The notes beneath the pieces were generated by a model, which ran no database searches, was not told the DNA's origin, and worked only from the letters and a program-made list of their open reading frames with translations. The position numbers and the translations under genes are program-made. A stretch of 64,000 nt of DNA from a virus. Lineage: Duplodnaviria > Caudoviricetes. The DNA is taken from positions 14,751-78,750 of the IMG/VR virus record IMGVR_UViG_3300044678_002325, one strand, 5' to 3'. Positions within the stretch are counted from its first letter, which is position 1; every line of letters starts with the position of its first letter. This document shows positions 28,554 through 39,036 of this stretch, one piece after another.

Positions 28554-29354
28554 ATGTTAAAAATCGGATCAAAAGGAAACTTGGTAAAACTCCTCCAAGA
28601 AAAACTAGGAGTTACAGCTGATGGTGACTTTGGACCTAAAACCGAATCAGCACTAAAAGAATGGCAATCTAAGAATGGACTAACCGCTGATGGTGTTGCA
28701 GGTCCTATTACTTTGGGTAAAATGGGAATTGAAATTCCTGTAGTCAAAAAAGAACCATTAAAATTGGATAAACTTAAAGGTCACGTACCTCAAAATGTGA
28801 TTGATGAAATTGGTTTAATCGCTGAAAAATTTAACCTCATCACAAATCTTCGTTTAGCGCATTTCTTAGCTCAATGTTCTCACGAATCGGGTAATTTTAA
28901 AATCCTTACAGAGAATTTAAATTATTCAAAAGATGGGTTAATGAGAATCTTTGGTGGTTATTTTGCTGGTAACTTGGCTGAATCTTATGCCCACCAACCT
29001 GAGAAAATTGCTTCTCGTGTTTATGGAAGTAGAATGGGTAATGGTGATGAAGCCTCAAAAGAGGGGTGGAAATATCGTGGTCGCGGTGCAATCCAATTGA
29101 CTGGTAAACAAAATTATGAAATCTTCTCAAAATTCATTGGTGAGGATTGTGTCGCAAACCCTGATTTAGTTGCTACTAAATATCCATTAAGTTCTGCGGC
29201 ATTCTTTTTCAATAATGTAGGGCTTTGGTCTATGTGTGATGAAGGTTCAACAGATGATGTTGTAACAAAAGTAACAAGAAGAGTAAATGGAGGTACAAAT
29301 GGTTTAGCTCATCGTTTACAAGAATTCAAAAAATTTATTAGTTTATTATCTTAA
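28554..29354 (+). CDS. endolysin: PG-binding domain plus GH19 lysozyme/chitinase
   Basis: DGDFGPKT..WQ...DGVAGP; HFLAQCSHES, ENLNYS, YRGRGAIQLTG, NGGTNG. Confidence 0.92.
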   Translation: MLKIGSKGNLVKLLQEKLGVTADGDFGPKTESALKEWQSKNGLTADGVAGPITLGKMGIEIPVVKKEPLKLDKLKGHVPQNVIDEIGLIAEKFNLITNLRLAHFLAQCSHESGNFKILTENLNYSKDGLMRIFGGYFAGNLAESYAHQPEKIASRVYGSRMGNGDEASKEGWKYRGRGAIQLTGKQNYEIFSKFIGEDCVANPDLVATKYPLSSAAFFFNNVGLWSMCDEGSTDDVVTKVTRRVNGGTNGLAHRLQEFKKFISLLS

Positions 29355-29389
29355 AAAAAATAACCCCCAATAAAATGGGGGTTTTTTTA

Positions 29390-30070
29390 TTATCTTCTAT
29401 ATTTTCTATATTTTCTATATCTTCTTGATTCCATAATTTCATCCTTATCTAAACCAAACTCAACATCACTAAAATCAGAACTCAAATCATCATATTTACC
29501 TTTTTCTAATTTATCAAAAACACTTCCTTTATTATTTTCTTTACATTTTTCTAAAATTTTATCCATATCTTCATCATCAACCTCATATTCAGTATAACCC
29601 ATCATTCCTTTAGTATATATTGTAGCCAAACTAAAATCATATTCACGTTTAATTCCTTCAGGAAAAACTTCAGTTAAATCAACAAAAAATTCTATAGAAG
29701 TATGACCCCTATTGGGGTCTTCACTCGTTGGTCTTATTTTACCAGATAATCCATATTCGAAATCCTTACCTAGAACTCTACCATTATAAATTACTGCTAT
29801 GATATGACCTTTGAATACCCATTCCATTTCATCCATATCAAAACTATCCCTTTCAGAGGCACTCCACCCTTGTCTCCAATTTAAGTTGTTTACATTGTTG
29901 ATTTTAACAATATTGGTTCTATCTTGATGAGGGTTTTTATTTTTTTCTTTTAAAAAAATTATATTTTCATCATTTTTAAGGTTCTGTAATTCTGAACTTT
30001 CATTTTCTCTGATTACTCTTTTGACCAATTTCATTAAATCACTCTCGGTTAATCTTACTATTCTTTTCAT
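29390..30070 (-). CDS. leader-family protein (type A)
   Basis: MKRIVRLTESDLMKLVKRVIRE. Confidence 0.8.
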   Translation of the reverse strand: MKRIVRLTESDLMKLVKRVIRENESSELQNLKNDENIIFLKEKNKNPHQDRTNIVKINNVNNLNWRQGWSASERDSFDMDEMEWVFKGHIIAVIYNGRVLGKDFEYGLSGKIRPTSEDPNRGHTSIEFFVDLTEVFPEGIKREYDFSLATIYTKGMMGYTEYEVDDEDMDKILEKCKENNKGSVFDKLEKGKYDDLSSDFSDVEFGLDKDEIMESRRYRKYRKYRR

Positions 30071-30145
30071 TGTTTTTTTTTAATCTTTATTTATAAGATA
30101 AATATTAATTAAAACAAAAAAAACCCATTTAAAATGGGGGTTTTT

Positions 30146-30865
30146 TTATATGAATTCCAATTCATTTGTTTTAGGATTCCATTCCACAATTAATGGTTTG
30201 TTTTTATACTCATATCTTTCATTCAATACACTTGCATTTATATAATGAGTATCACCATCAAATACGTAGCCATATCCTGAGTGAATGTGACCACAAACGT
30301 GAATCTTTGGTTTAATTTCTTTGATTCTATCAGCCAATAATTCACAACCTAGATGTTCAGTTCTACCAATAACTTGGTCAACATAACCATAAGCTGGTCC
30401 ATGAGTGATAAGGATGTCAGTATCAGTTGGAATATTATCCCATCTACGTTTTAGTTCCTCACCTTTTCTTGGTAGATTAAATGCCCAATCAAAGAATTCT
30501 GGTTGCCAAGGACTACCATATATCTTCACAGGTTTTTCATCCCCAATTTGGACTTCTACTGAACTATCTCTTAGGTATTCAAAGTTCTTATAGCTGTTTA
30601 ATATTTCTTCGGTACGTCTAGGTATTAGAACACTCCCATGAACAAAGAATGGTTCTCTATCTATAAACCCCCAATCGTGATTACCAGCAATGAATACTTT
30701 GAAATCGTAATCCAATCCATCAAACCATTGACAGAAATCTTGTATCTCGTAATTATAACCCATTGAAGACATATCCCCAGCATGAATTAAAAGATTACCT
30801 CCAGGTAAATCCTTCTCGATTAATTTATGTTTGCTATGTGTATCTGATACAAATGTAATTTTCAT
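30146..30865 (-). CDS. metallophosphoesterase
   Basis: SDTH, HAGD, AGNHD, THGP, GHIH motifs. Confidence 0.92.
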   Translation of the reverse strand: MKITFVSDTHSKHKLIEKDLPGGNLLIHAGDMSSMGYNYEIQDFCQWFDGLDYDFKVFIAGNHDWGFIDREPFFVHGSVLIPRRTEEILNSYKNFEYLRDSSVEVQIGDEKPVKIYGSPWQPEFFDWAFNLPRKGEELKRRWDNIPTDTDILITHGPAYGYVDQVIGRTEHLGCELLADRIKEIKPKIHVCGHIHSGYGYVFDGDTHYINASVLNERYEYKNKPLIVEWNPKTNELEFI

Positions 30866-30932
30866 TTTATTATGTTTTTTTTACAAAAATAAACTATTTA
30901 TATGATATAATAAAATAAATTAATAAAAAATT

Positions 30933-31559
30933 ATGAAAAAAATTATAAGATTAACAGAGTCTGATTTAATCAGATTAGTAAAAAGAGTTATAAAGGAAAA
31001 CCAAACACCCTCAGTAATGGGACAAATATTTGCTGAGATGAGAGCTGATACTGGATGTTCAGACATTATTGTTAGGTTAAGAAATGTTATTAGTATGTTA
31101 ATTAGTGGTACTGATTACGCAACTTATTCTAAAACAGGAACATGGGGTGAATATTTAAATTCATTAAACAAACTTAATGTTACACTTGAGCAAGAAATGG
31201 CAAGAGTGACTAAGACAACTAATCCAATGTTTACAAAAATACAAACTTTGTGTGTTGCACAAGGAATAATTCCTAAAGATAAATGTGTTGTAAAACTTCA
31301 AAAATTAATTCTATCTAAAGCCAAAGGACAAAATGAACTAGAAACTGAAAGTGGTAAAATAGAATGGGCTGATGGTATTGTTGGACTTGCAACTTTACAA
31401 TCATTAGTTCTTGGTATGATTGATTTCTTCCAATCCATTTTAGCGAAAAATCCTGAATTAACAGATTCACCATTGGTAACTCAAACCGCCAAAAATCAAG
31501 TGACATATAAAGGAATTAAGGGTGTTGAACAAAAAGTAGGAACTATGCAACGTCCGTAA
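30933..31559 (+). CDS. leader-family protein (type A)
   Basis: MKKIIRLTESDLIRLVKRVIKE; ADGIVG..T resembles a PG-binding motif. Confidence 0.8.
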   Translation: MKKIIRLTESDLIRLVKRVIKENQTPSVMGQIFAEMRADTGCSDIIVRLRNVISMLISGTDYATYSKTGTWGEYLNSLNKLNVTLEQEMARVTKTTNPMFTKIQTLCVAQGIIPKDKCVVKLQKLILSKAKGQNELETESGKIEWADGIVGLATLQSLVLGMIDFFQSILAKNPELTDSPLVTQTAKNQVTYKGIKGVEQKVGTMQRP

Positions 31560-31583
31560 ATAACATCATTAAAATATCAGAGA

Positions 31584-32117
31584 CTACAAATAAGATATAA
31601 AGAAAATAAAGTAATTATTTGTAGTCTCTTTAATTTTAGTTTCAGTAAAGTCATTAGGATTATATATAGTTGTGATGTTTTCATTCTCAAACTCAAATAT
31701 GTCACAATAAACTCTAGTATAGGGTAAAAAATCCAAATTATAATTATTTTTGATATACTCATCAAATTTTGAATACGCCAAATTTTTATCAAATTCCCCT
31801 TCAATAGGAAAATGGTAATAAAGTAATGTTCCCATATTTAAAAAACTTCCCGTAAAACAAATCATATAATCATTTAAATCATCTGAAAGATTTAAATTAT
31901 ATGTACTACAATTAGTTGGTAACTCTAATTGTTTTTTTTCTATAACATACTTTTTGAGAGTATCAATTAATGTTTTAACATTTGTTGTGTCAAAATTAAT
32001 CTTAATATTTAAAGAATTTTGATTTATTAAATATTCACAAAATTCCATATTAACATTCTTTTGTGATAATATTGGTAATGAAACAAAAAAAAGAAGATTT
32101 AAAATTAAAGTTCTCAT
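31584..32117 (-). CDS. hypothetical exported protein
   Basis: Signal-peptide-like MRTLILNLLFFVSLPILSQ. Confidence 0.6.
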   Translation of the reverse strand: MRTLILNLLFFVSLPILSQKNVNMEFCEYLINQNSLNIKINFDTTNVKTLIDTLKKYVIEKKQLELPTNCSTYNLNLSDDLNDYMICFTGSFLNMGTLLYYHFPIEGEFDKNLAYSKFDEYIKNNYNLDFLPYTRVYCDIFEFENENITTIYNPNDFTETKIKETTNNYFIFFISYL

Positions 32118-32158
32118 AATTAATAATTTTGTTAATATTAAAAAATGTAATTGTTTTT

Positions 32159-32716
32159 TTAATCCCACCAGCCTCTCATACCAGAGCCATCAAAAATATC
32201 ATCCCAGTTTCCACCTTTAAAATAAACAGAAGAATCTTGCCCTTTCATAATATCCCATAATTCAATCCATTCTATTTCTTCAAGCTCTCTAATTCTTGAA
32301 AAATATTTGCGTTTGAACTCTTTTTCTTCTTCAGAATCTTTGTCCACCATTTCCAAGAAACCTGGTTTATCTTCAAGAGGTATAAAATCATAATTAAACC
32401 CACTCAAACCTCTACCCATTTCCGCTTCTACAATATCGAAATATCTATCTTCTCTAATGTTTTTAATTATCTCAGTAGCACGTCTCATTTTAGCAACTTT
32501 CTTCATTCTGCTGTGTTCAATTTCGATACCTTTATTTTCAACACCATTAGCGATGTCATTTACACCTATTTCAATGAAATCTAATGTACCACTATAATCC
32601 CACCAATGGTGATTCCACAGAGCTTTTCTGAATTTGTATATATTCCTAAAGAAATTAGGTAAATCTCGCATTAGAAACCGTTTGGTTCTACCAAACCAAG
32701 TATATGAGTAAGGCAT
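32159..32716 (-). CDS. hypothetical phage protein
   Basis: 185 aa ORF ending GWWD. Confidence 0.8.
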   Translation of the reverse strand: MPYSYTWFGRTKRFLMRDLPNFFRNIYKFRKALWNHHWWDYSGTLDFIEIGVNDIANGVENKGIEIEHSRMKKVAKMRRATEIIKNIREDRYFDIVEAEMGRGLSGFNYDFIPLEDKPGFLEMVDKDSEEEKEFKRKYFSRIRELEEIEWIELWDIMKGQDSSVYFKGGNWDDIFDGSGMRGWWD

Positions 32717-32732
32717 TTTGAATATTTTTTAT

Positions 32733-33023
32733 TTAGAACAAAAAAATTTGAGAGAATTTTGAAAAAAACGATTTGTTTTTTCTCAATTTATATGATTTTG
32801 ATTTAGTTTCTTTATCAAAGTTACTAGTTAAAGTAGTTTTACTAACTTCACTTATATCTTTACCCCATTTTTTAAGATAAAGTTCAAAAAGTTTTTGAGT
32901 TGTTTCAACTTGACTTGGGTTTTCACAAGAATCCAAAACTGTCATAATCCAAGAGTACTGGTTGTAAGGTCCTTTTCTGTTCATAATGACTATAAGTTTA
33001 ATGAGTGAGTTAATAATCATCAC
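32733..33023 (-). CDS. hypothetical protein
   Basis: ORF, start uncertain. Confidence 0.6.
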   Translation of the reverse strand: MMIINSLIKLIVIMNRKGPYNQYSWIMTVLDSCENPSQVETTQKLFELYLKKWGKDISEVSKTTLTSNFDKETKSKSYKLRKNKSFFSKFSQIFLF

Positions 33024-33054
33024 AAAAGTAAGAAAAGAAATTCAAAGTAAAAAA

Positions 33055-33519
33055 TTATTTGATATAAAAATCCAAAAATCTTTTCACAACTAGATTAAGA
33101 GGGTGTTTAATATCATTTCTATGAATTTCCATTTGATTTGACATTTCATTTTCATAAAATTCTCGGTCAAAATCAGTTTCAGCTGTTTGTATCAGATTAG
33201 TTAATTTTTTAAATCCACCAATTTGAAGTATCTTATATATTTTTGGGTCATATTTTAGAAAATTAACAATATTTTCCTTTAATTCTTTTTTATTATTAAG
33301 ATATCTAAAATATTCTTCAACCTCAACACCAAACATATCAGTATATTTGACAACAAAATCAATTTTACCACCTCTACCATCAGTTAAATTGTGATATATA
33401 AGGTCATTACTGACATTAAAAATTGTTTTAAGGTATTCAAACAATTCTTGGTTAACATCACCATAATGTTTGTTAAGTATTCTTCTTTTTTCGTTCTCCG
33501 AAATTATTATTTTTTTCAT
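33055..33519 (-). CDS. leader-family protein
   Basis: MKKIIISENEKRRIL. Confidence 0.75.
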   Translation of the reverse strand: MKKIIISENEKRRILNKHYGDVNQELFEYLKTIFNVSNDLIYHNLTDGRGGKIDFVVKYTDMFGVEVEEYFRYLNNKKELKENIVNFLKYDPKIYKILQIGGFKKLTNLIQTAETDFDREFYENEMSNQMEIHRNDIKHPLNLVVKRFLDFYIK

Positions 33520-33561
33520 AATAAAATTGATTATCTATTTAAATATAAATATTATTGGTTA

Positions 33562-33840
33562 ATGAAAAGACGTTTAACACTATTAATGAATAAAGTTTTG
33601 ATTGAATATCTTGAAGACCTATATGGTAAAGGAAGTAGTGTTGACATTAGTTCAATAATTGTAGGTTCAAGACACAATGAAACGATAATAAATTATAAGT
33701 TATTATACACCAATCAAGAATATTTGTTAGAAACAATGAATGTTGGATCCGATTTTTTGTTGGAGAGGAGTTGGGAGTTATTGGATTTACCAAAAACAAA
33801 ATTAATTTTGGCATGTTCAATGCGAATGGTTGATTTATAA
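33562..33840 (+). CDS. hypothetical protein
   Basis: Start moved to MKRRL. Confidence 0.6.
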   Translation: MKRRLTLLMNKVLIEYLEDLYGKGSSVDISSIIVGSRHNETIINYKLLYTNQEYLLETMNVGSDFLLERSWELLDLPKTKLILACSMRMVDL

Positions 33841-33875
33841 AAAAAATAAAATTATCATTAAATAAAAATTACAAA

Positions 33876-34301
33876 ATGAAAAAAGTTCAAATTGGTGACA
33901 CCGTTATAGTCAATTACACAGGAAAATTGGAAGATGGGACAATTTTTGATTCTTCTTTAAATGAAGGTCGTGAACCTCTTAAATCAACATTAGGTCAAAA
34001 TCAATTAATACCAGGTTTTGAACAAGGTTTACTTGATATGAGTATTGGTGATAAAAAAACAATTGAAATTGAACCAAACGATGCTTATGGTGAATATAGT
34101 ACTGATAGGGTAACTACAATAAGTAAAACTCAAGTTCCTCCAGATGTTAAAGTTGGTGAGACACTACAAGGAATGAGTTCACAAGGTCCAATCATAATTA
34201 AGATTTTGGAAATTGATGGTGATGTTGTTGTTATTGATGCAAACCATCCACTAGCAGGTAAGAAACTTATCTTTGACGTTGAAGTTACAAGTATTGATTA
34301 A
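33876..34301 (+). CDS. FKBP-type peptidyl-prolyl isomerase (SlyD/FkpB-like)
   Basis: YTGKLEDGTIFDSS, LIPGFE, DANHPLAGK.L.F motifs. Confidence 0.93.
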   Translation: MKKVQIGDTVIVNYTGKLEDGTIFDSSLNEGREPLKSTLGQNQLIPGFEQGLLDMSIGDKKTIEIEPNDAYGEYSTDRVTTISKTQVPPDVKVGETLQGMSSQGPIIIKILEIDGDVVVIDANHPLAGKKLIFDVEVTSID

Positions 34302-34361
34302 AAATCGGTGTTCAAACGAACACCATTTTTTTTTAAGTATATTTATAATAAAAATATTTTT

Positions 34362-35009
34362 ATGAAAATAATAATAACTGAAAATCAATATAAGTTTTTG
34401 GAAAAAAATCACACAATATTGGAACAACTTGAAAGTGAAAAAATATTTCAAAAATTTATAGATATGATGATGAAAGAATTACCTAAAACTGAAACTAAAC
34501 CAAAAAGTTCAGATGATTCTAAAAATTTAGATAATTTAGATAAACCAACAAAAAAAACATCAGACAAATTATTTTCTCCACTAAAAAATGTTAAATTTCC
34601 TAAAAATAATTTTGGTGCAAATAGACCAGGATTAGATAAACCAGGAAAAAGTCATCCAGGTATTGATTTGACTGCGGCATCAGGTACTGAAGTATATTCA
34701 CCACAAAATGGTGTAGTAATAGATTCCGCAATTAGAAATGATGCTTGTGGTGGAACTTTATTTATTGACCATCAAAATGGTTTTAAAAGTAGATATTGCC
34801 ATTTAAAACAAATTTTTGTTCAAAAAGGGGATAAAGTTGAACTTGGAGAAAAGGTAGCATTAAGTGGGGGTGGTAAGGATGACAATGGACACGGATTTTC
34901 AACTGGACCGCATCTACATTTTGAGTTATATCGCGATGGTAAATTAGTTGATCCCATTCAGCATGTCAAAGAAAAAACATATGATGAAGATTCTGATAGT
35001 TTAGTTTAA
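34362..35009 (+). CDS. leader-family protein with M23 peptidase domain
   Basis: MKIIITENQY leader; HPGID, YCHL, STGPHLHFE. Confidence 0.9.
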   Translation: MKIIITENQYKFLEKNHTILEQLESEKIFQKFIDMMMKELPKTETKPKSSDDSKNLDNLDKPTKKTSDKLFSPLKNVKFPKNNFGANRPGLDKPGKSHPGIDLTAASGTEVYSPQNGVVIDSAIRNDACGGTLFIDHQNGFKSRYCHLKQIFVQKGDKVELGEKVALSGGGKDDNGHGFSTGPHLHFELYRDGKLVDPIQHVKEKTYDEDSDSLV

Positions 35010-35017
35010 AAATATCT

Positions 35018-35407
35018 TTATTCATACATCATATATTCTTTCTCAGGATGTTTTTTTTCAAATATTTTTAGTAATTTCCCAGCAATTGAATTAGCTTCAT
35101 CTTCATTAATACCACCAATATCAGGTCCAATTTTTCTACCCATAACATCTATTTGATATTCATGTACCCATTCATGAGCCAAAGTTCTTAATGTATCTCT
35201 CATCATTCTTCCCTTGGCTAATATTCTAATTTCATTTTTTTGGTTTCTAGAACCTGTTGTCATATTACCAACTCTTTTTGATAAAAAAATAATCTCAAGA
35301 TTCTTTTTTAACGGATAATTCTCAAATAAAAACTTAATAAAGTCTTGGATATACTTGTGTTTTCTTTTTTCTACACTATTTTCTTTATATACTATTTTAA
35401 TTTCCAT
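35018..35407 (-). CDS. zincin-like metallopeptidase
   Basis: RTLAHEWVH...EDEANS.AG. Confidence 0.7.
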   Translation of the reverse strand: MEIKIVYKENSVEKRKHKYIQDFIKFLFENYPLKKNLEIIFLSKRVGNMTTGSRNQKNEIRILAKGRMMRDTLRTLAHEWVHEYQIDVMGRKIGPDIGGINEDEANSIAGKLLKIFEKKHPEKEYMMYE

Positions 35408-35439
35408 ATTATATAAATATTTATAATAAAAATAAATTA

Positions 35440-36255
35440 ATGAAAAAATTGATAATTTCTGAAAACGAAAAGATTAGAATTAAATCTTTGTACAATATTA
35501 TTGAACAAACTGAAAATGAAAAGACATTTGGTAAATTTATAAATTTAATGATGAAAGATTTACCTAAAGATAAAACAAATTCAGATACTGGAAATGATGT
35601 TGCGGATTCAAATAATACTGAAGATACATCAACAATAGAAAGTATTAAAGATTTGAATGATAATGAAAATATTGTACTCAAAACGTTAAAAGAAGATGGG
35701 TTTACTGACGAGGCTGCTGCGGCCGTTATGGGTGTTGTTGGTGGTGAAAGTGCATTCAAAACATTCAAAGAAGTTGGTTATGGTACAACATCAAATGATA
35801 GGATTAGAGCTATTTTTGGTGCAAGAGTGAGTAGTTATACTGACGCTCAATTAGATGCTTTAAAAAAATCAGATGAGAATTTTTTCAATGTAGTTTATGG
35901 AGGACAACACGGAAATGCTCCAAATGAAGGGTATAAATACGTGGGTAGGGGATTCAATGGTATAACATTCAAAGGAAATTACGTAGCCGCAAAAAATTGT
36001 ACAGGGATTGATTTTGTTAGTAAACCTGAATTATTGGAAGACCCAAAATATGCGGCAAAAGCTTTGTCTTGTTATTTTAAACCAATTAAAAGTATTTCAG
36101 AGTTTGAAAAAGCGTTTCAAGAAGCTTTTCGTTATAATGCAGGTCCAGGTAATAGTTTTGCGTATTATGCTAGTAGTAATAACCCTGTTGCAGTACAAGG
36201 GATTCCACTTAAACGAGGCAAAGCTCAACAATACTACAAGAAAATAAAAGAGTAG
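35440..36255 (+). CDS. leader-family protein with lysozyme-like (GH19-related) domain
   Basis: MKKLIISENEK leader; GES, EGYKYVGRGFNGITFKGNY motifs. Confidence 0.75.
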   Translation: MKKLIISENEKIRIKSLYNIIEQTENEKTFGKFINLMMKDLPKDKTNSDTGNDVADSNNTEDTSTIESIKDLNDNENIVLKTLKEDGFTDEAAAAVMGVVGGESAFKTFKEVGYGTTSNDRIRAIFGARVSSYTDAQLDALKKSDENFFNVVYGGQHGNAPNEGYKYVGRGFNGITFKGNYVAAKNCTGIDFVSKPELLEDPKYAAKALSCYFKPIKSISEFEKAFQEAFRYNAGPGNSFAYYASSNNPVAVQGIPLKRGKAQQYYKKIKE

Positions 36256-36256
36256 A

Positions 36257-36637
36257 TTATTTTGGTTTATCCCTACATAATATCATATCTTTCTTTTCAT
36301 TAAGATAATAAACATAGTCTACCCCATTTATTTTTTCTTCTTTCTTTTCATATTTAGCCGAGTCAATTTTAAATGGTTTTTTAGAACAATGAATTGCATT
36401 TTCTATGTCTTTCTCAGTAATTTTTTTTGTTTGGTCTGATGTCGCTCCTGTTGAAGGTGGTACTCCCCCTACTGGAGGTGGTGGCGTAGTTCCACTCATA
36501 GGTGCTGGGGGTGGAGGAGGTGTTCCTCCCATAGGTGCTGGAGGTGGAGGAGGTGGCGGTGGAGCTTGTTCCAAAATATATTTACGTTCCAATAAAAGAT
36601 TTCTTTCTTGAATTAGTTTTGTTTTTCTATAAGACAT
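36257..36637 (-). CDS. proline-rich hypothetical protein
   Basis: LLLE..ILEQ then PPPPAPM repeats. Confidence 0.7.
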   Translation of the reverse strand: MSYRKTKLIQERNLLLERKYILEQAPPPPPPPPAPMGGTPPPPPAPMSGTTPPPPVGGVPPSTGATSDQTKKITEKDIENAIHCSKKPFKIDSAKYEKKEEKINGVDYVYYLNEKKDMILCRDKPK

Positions 36638-36691
36638 ATTAACTTTTATTAATAAATATTAAAATCTACCAAAAGTGTTAAATTTTTTAAT

Positions 36692-36877
36692 TTAACTCAA
36701 TAATTTACCTACTTCAACCATTATCTGTTGTTGTCTTTGTTCTAATTGTTGAATCTTTAAACGTTGTTCTCTGTTTAATTCAAGACTTTCACCTTTGATT
36801 CTATTAATTTCATTAAAACATTTTGTGTGTTCATTTAACAAGTTTCCGTAAATTTGAGCTTTTTGATCTGTTGTCAT
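36692..36877 (-). CDS. small coiled-coil protein
   Basis: 61 aa ORF. Confidence 0.65.
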   Translation of the reverse strand: MTTDQKAQIYGNLLNEHTKCFNEINRIKGESLELNREQRLKIQQLEQRQQQIMVEVGKLLS

Positions 36878-36899
36878 AATATTTAATATTTATTTTTAT

Positions 36900-37391
36900 A
36901 TGTATCTAATTCAAAAATATGAATTTCAAATTAAATTAATGGTAATCTTATTATCAATAATACAACCATTTATTTTAATGTCAATATGTGGTGAATTATG
37001 GTCAATATCAAATTATTGGAAAACCCCACTTCAACCTATGTTTATAATTGTAAACGCGGCCACAAGTTATTTTTTCTTCAGTACTGACCGATGGGTAATA
37101 CCTTCAATTTTTTTATTACTTCTGACCGCGTTCTCTTTAGAAATGTATCCCATTATTCATAATGTTTTTGCGGGATGTTTTTTTATCTCTTGTATTTACC
37201 CATTATTAACATTAAAAAGATTTAAATTCTTTGGTCTTTTATATCTATTGTCAATTTTGGTTTTATTGTTAGTAGGTATGTTGTGGTTCGAAATTTATTG
37301 TGTTTTAATACTAGGGTCATACCATTTAACAATACTTAGTTATAAACATAATTTGGATAAATTAAGAAAAAGTCATAATTTATACCGCTGA
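36900..37391 (+). CDS. multi-pass membrane protein
   Basis: About six hydrophobic segments. Confidence 0.7.
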   Translation: MYLIQKYEFQIKLMVILLSIIQPFILMSICGELWSISNYWKTPLQPMFIIVNAATSYFFFSTDRWVIPSIFLLLLTAFSLEMYPIIHNVFAGCFFISCIYPLLTLKRFKFFGLLYLLSILVLLLVGMLWFEIYCVLILGSYHLTILSYKHNLDKLRKSHNLYR

Positions 37392-37975
37392 CGCTTTTGG
37401 TAATCACTTACCAAATCATCATATCTCCACAATTCAAACTTTTCTACGACCATCCCAATATGTTTCCAATAACCTTCACCACCATAACCAGTACAATTGT
37501 TTGACCAATATTTCCAATCTTTTCCAATAGCGTGAGGATAAAATTTATTCAAGAATTCTGCATGGTCATTAAATGAATCTTCAAAGTTTTTATACTTCCT
37601 CCATCTTGAACCACTAGAAGTTTCATAATAACCACCACTATACAATTCTTTATAGTACTTCATTCCAAAAAGATTATTACTATGTCTAGCAATATCTGAC
37701 CTTCCCCCGCCACTCTCAGTTATAGCTTGAGCCAACTGAATACTAACAGGTACACCACAATCTAAATGATGTTGGATTGCAACACCCCCATATTCTTCAC
37801 AGAATTTGGCGTAGGGATGTTTTTGTTTAAAATTCACACTGTACATTATGTTCTTAACAATAATGTCATTGTGACTTGTTTTTTCATCTTCCGAAGAAAC
37901 TGAAATGTTTTGGGTGTTTCTATACTCAAATGAGATAAATAATAACCCCAAAAGAATTACAATTACTCTTTTCAT
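37373..37975 (-). CDS. glucosaminidase (GH73) domain protein
   Basis: SIQLAQAITESG.G.S...NNLFGMK, WRKY..FEDSFNDH; N-terminal TM/signal. Confidence 0.85.
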   Translation of the reverse strand: MKRVIVILLGLLFISFEYRNTQNISVSSEDEKTSHNDIIVKNIMYSVNFKQKHPYAKFCEEYGGVAIQHHLDCGVPVSIQLAQAITESGGGRSDIARHSNNLFGMKYYKELYSGGYYETSSGSRWRKYKNFEDSFNDHAEFLNKFYPHAIGKDWKYWSNNCTGYGGEGYWKHIGMVVEKFELWRYDDLVSDYQKRQRYKL

Positions 37976-38103
37976 AATGTTTTTGTTTTTAGGTTGAACC
38001 ACAATTTGTTAAACCCTATTACATTATAAATATATTAAATGACATTGAAAACCCTAATCAAAGAAAACCCCAACTTTTTATAGATGGGGTTTTTATATCT
38101 TAA

Positions 38104-39027
38104 TTATTTACCTAAATTCAAAATACCTTTGGTATCAGGGTCATCTATAATGATTTTTGCAGTATCAATCATTGATGCAAATATAGCTAGATAATCAATA
38201 ATTGTTTTTAAATAACCGCCAACAGTAGTATTATAACTTATTATCAAATTATAAAATGGAGTTAATAAATTTGTGTTAATCCATGTAAAAATTGTTGATA
38301 CTGCTGTACCTACAGCTTGTACAATTAAAGTCACAACAGCTTGAATCCATTTAGGCTGACGATCAAACCTATCATTTATGTTTTTACCTTGAGATTTCAA
38401 TTTAGCAATTACTGAAGAAAACCCGTATTTGTCTAAAAACGAAGTTATTTTATCAATCCAATCACTTAAACCCGGAACTTTTATATTAAAATTAGCTAAT
38501 GACAAAAATTTACTAAGTCCCTCGATAAATAAAGAGACACGTTCTTTTGTCGTTTCTTTAAATAATGAAGCAAACATATATGCAACAGCTTGTATAGTCT
38601 CAACGATTTTGGCTAAAGCTTGTCCTTGTGGTCCTAACCATTTTACAAACCAAAGTAACCAATCAATTGTTGCTTGTAAATTATCACTTGGTTTCCAAGA
38701 AGCGAATGATTTAATATCTTTTACAGCAGCACTAATCAGATTTGGTTGTTCCTTATAACTACCTGAACATTTTGTTCTTAACTTATAATCCCTTTGAGAT
38801 TGAGTTAGGGTTTTATATTCAGGGTCTTTTTTGAAATCAAAAACATAAGCATTTTTAGTACCATCCCAAGTATAACTATAAGTATATGATGCTTGTTTTT
38901 GACCTCCATTATACCACCATTGGGCGTAATCATATTCCTTGGTTACACCACATTCATTTATGACTTTTATTTTTTGAGCTTCAACAATCAAATATTTTAA
39001 CTGCGATTCAGTAATTAGTATTCTCAT
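38104..39027 (-). CDS. leader-family protein (type B)
   Basis: MRILITESQLKYLIVE; hydrophobic helical C-terminal half. Confidence 0.8.
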   Translation of the reverse strand: MRILITESQLKYLIVEAQKIKVINECGVTKEYDYAQWWYNGGQKQASYTYSYTWDGTKNAYVFDFKKDPEYKTLTQSQRDYKLRTKCSGSYKEQPNLISAAVKDIKSFASWKPSDNLQATIDWLLWFVKWLGPQGQALAKIVETIQAVAYMFASLFKETTKERVSLFIEGLSKFLSLANFNIKVPGLSDWIDKITSFLDKYGFSSVIAKLKSQGKNINDRFDRQPKWIQAVVTLIVQAVGTAVSTIFTWINTNLLTPFYNLIISYNTTVGGYLKTIIDYLAIFASMIDTAKIIIDDPDTKGILNLGK

Positions 39028-39036
39028 ATTATTATT

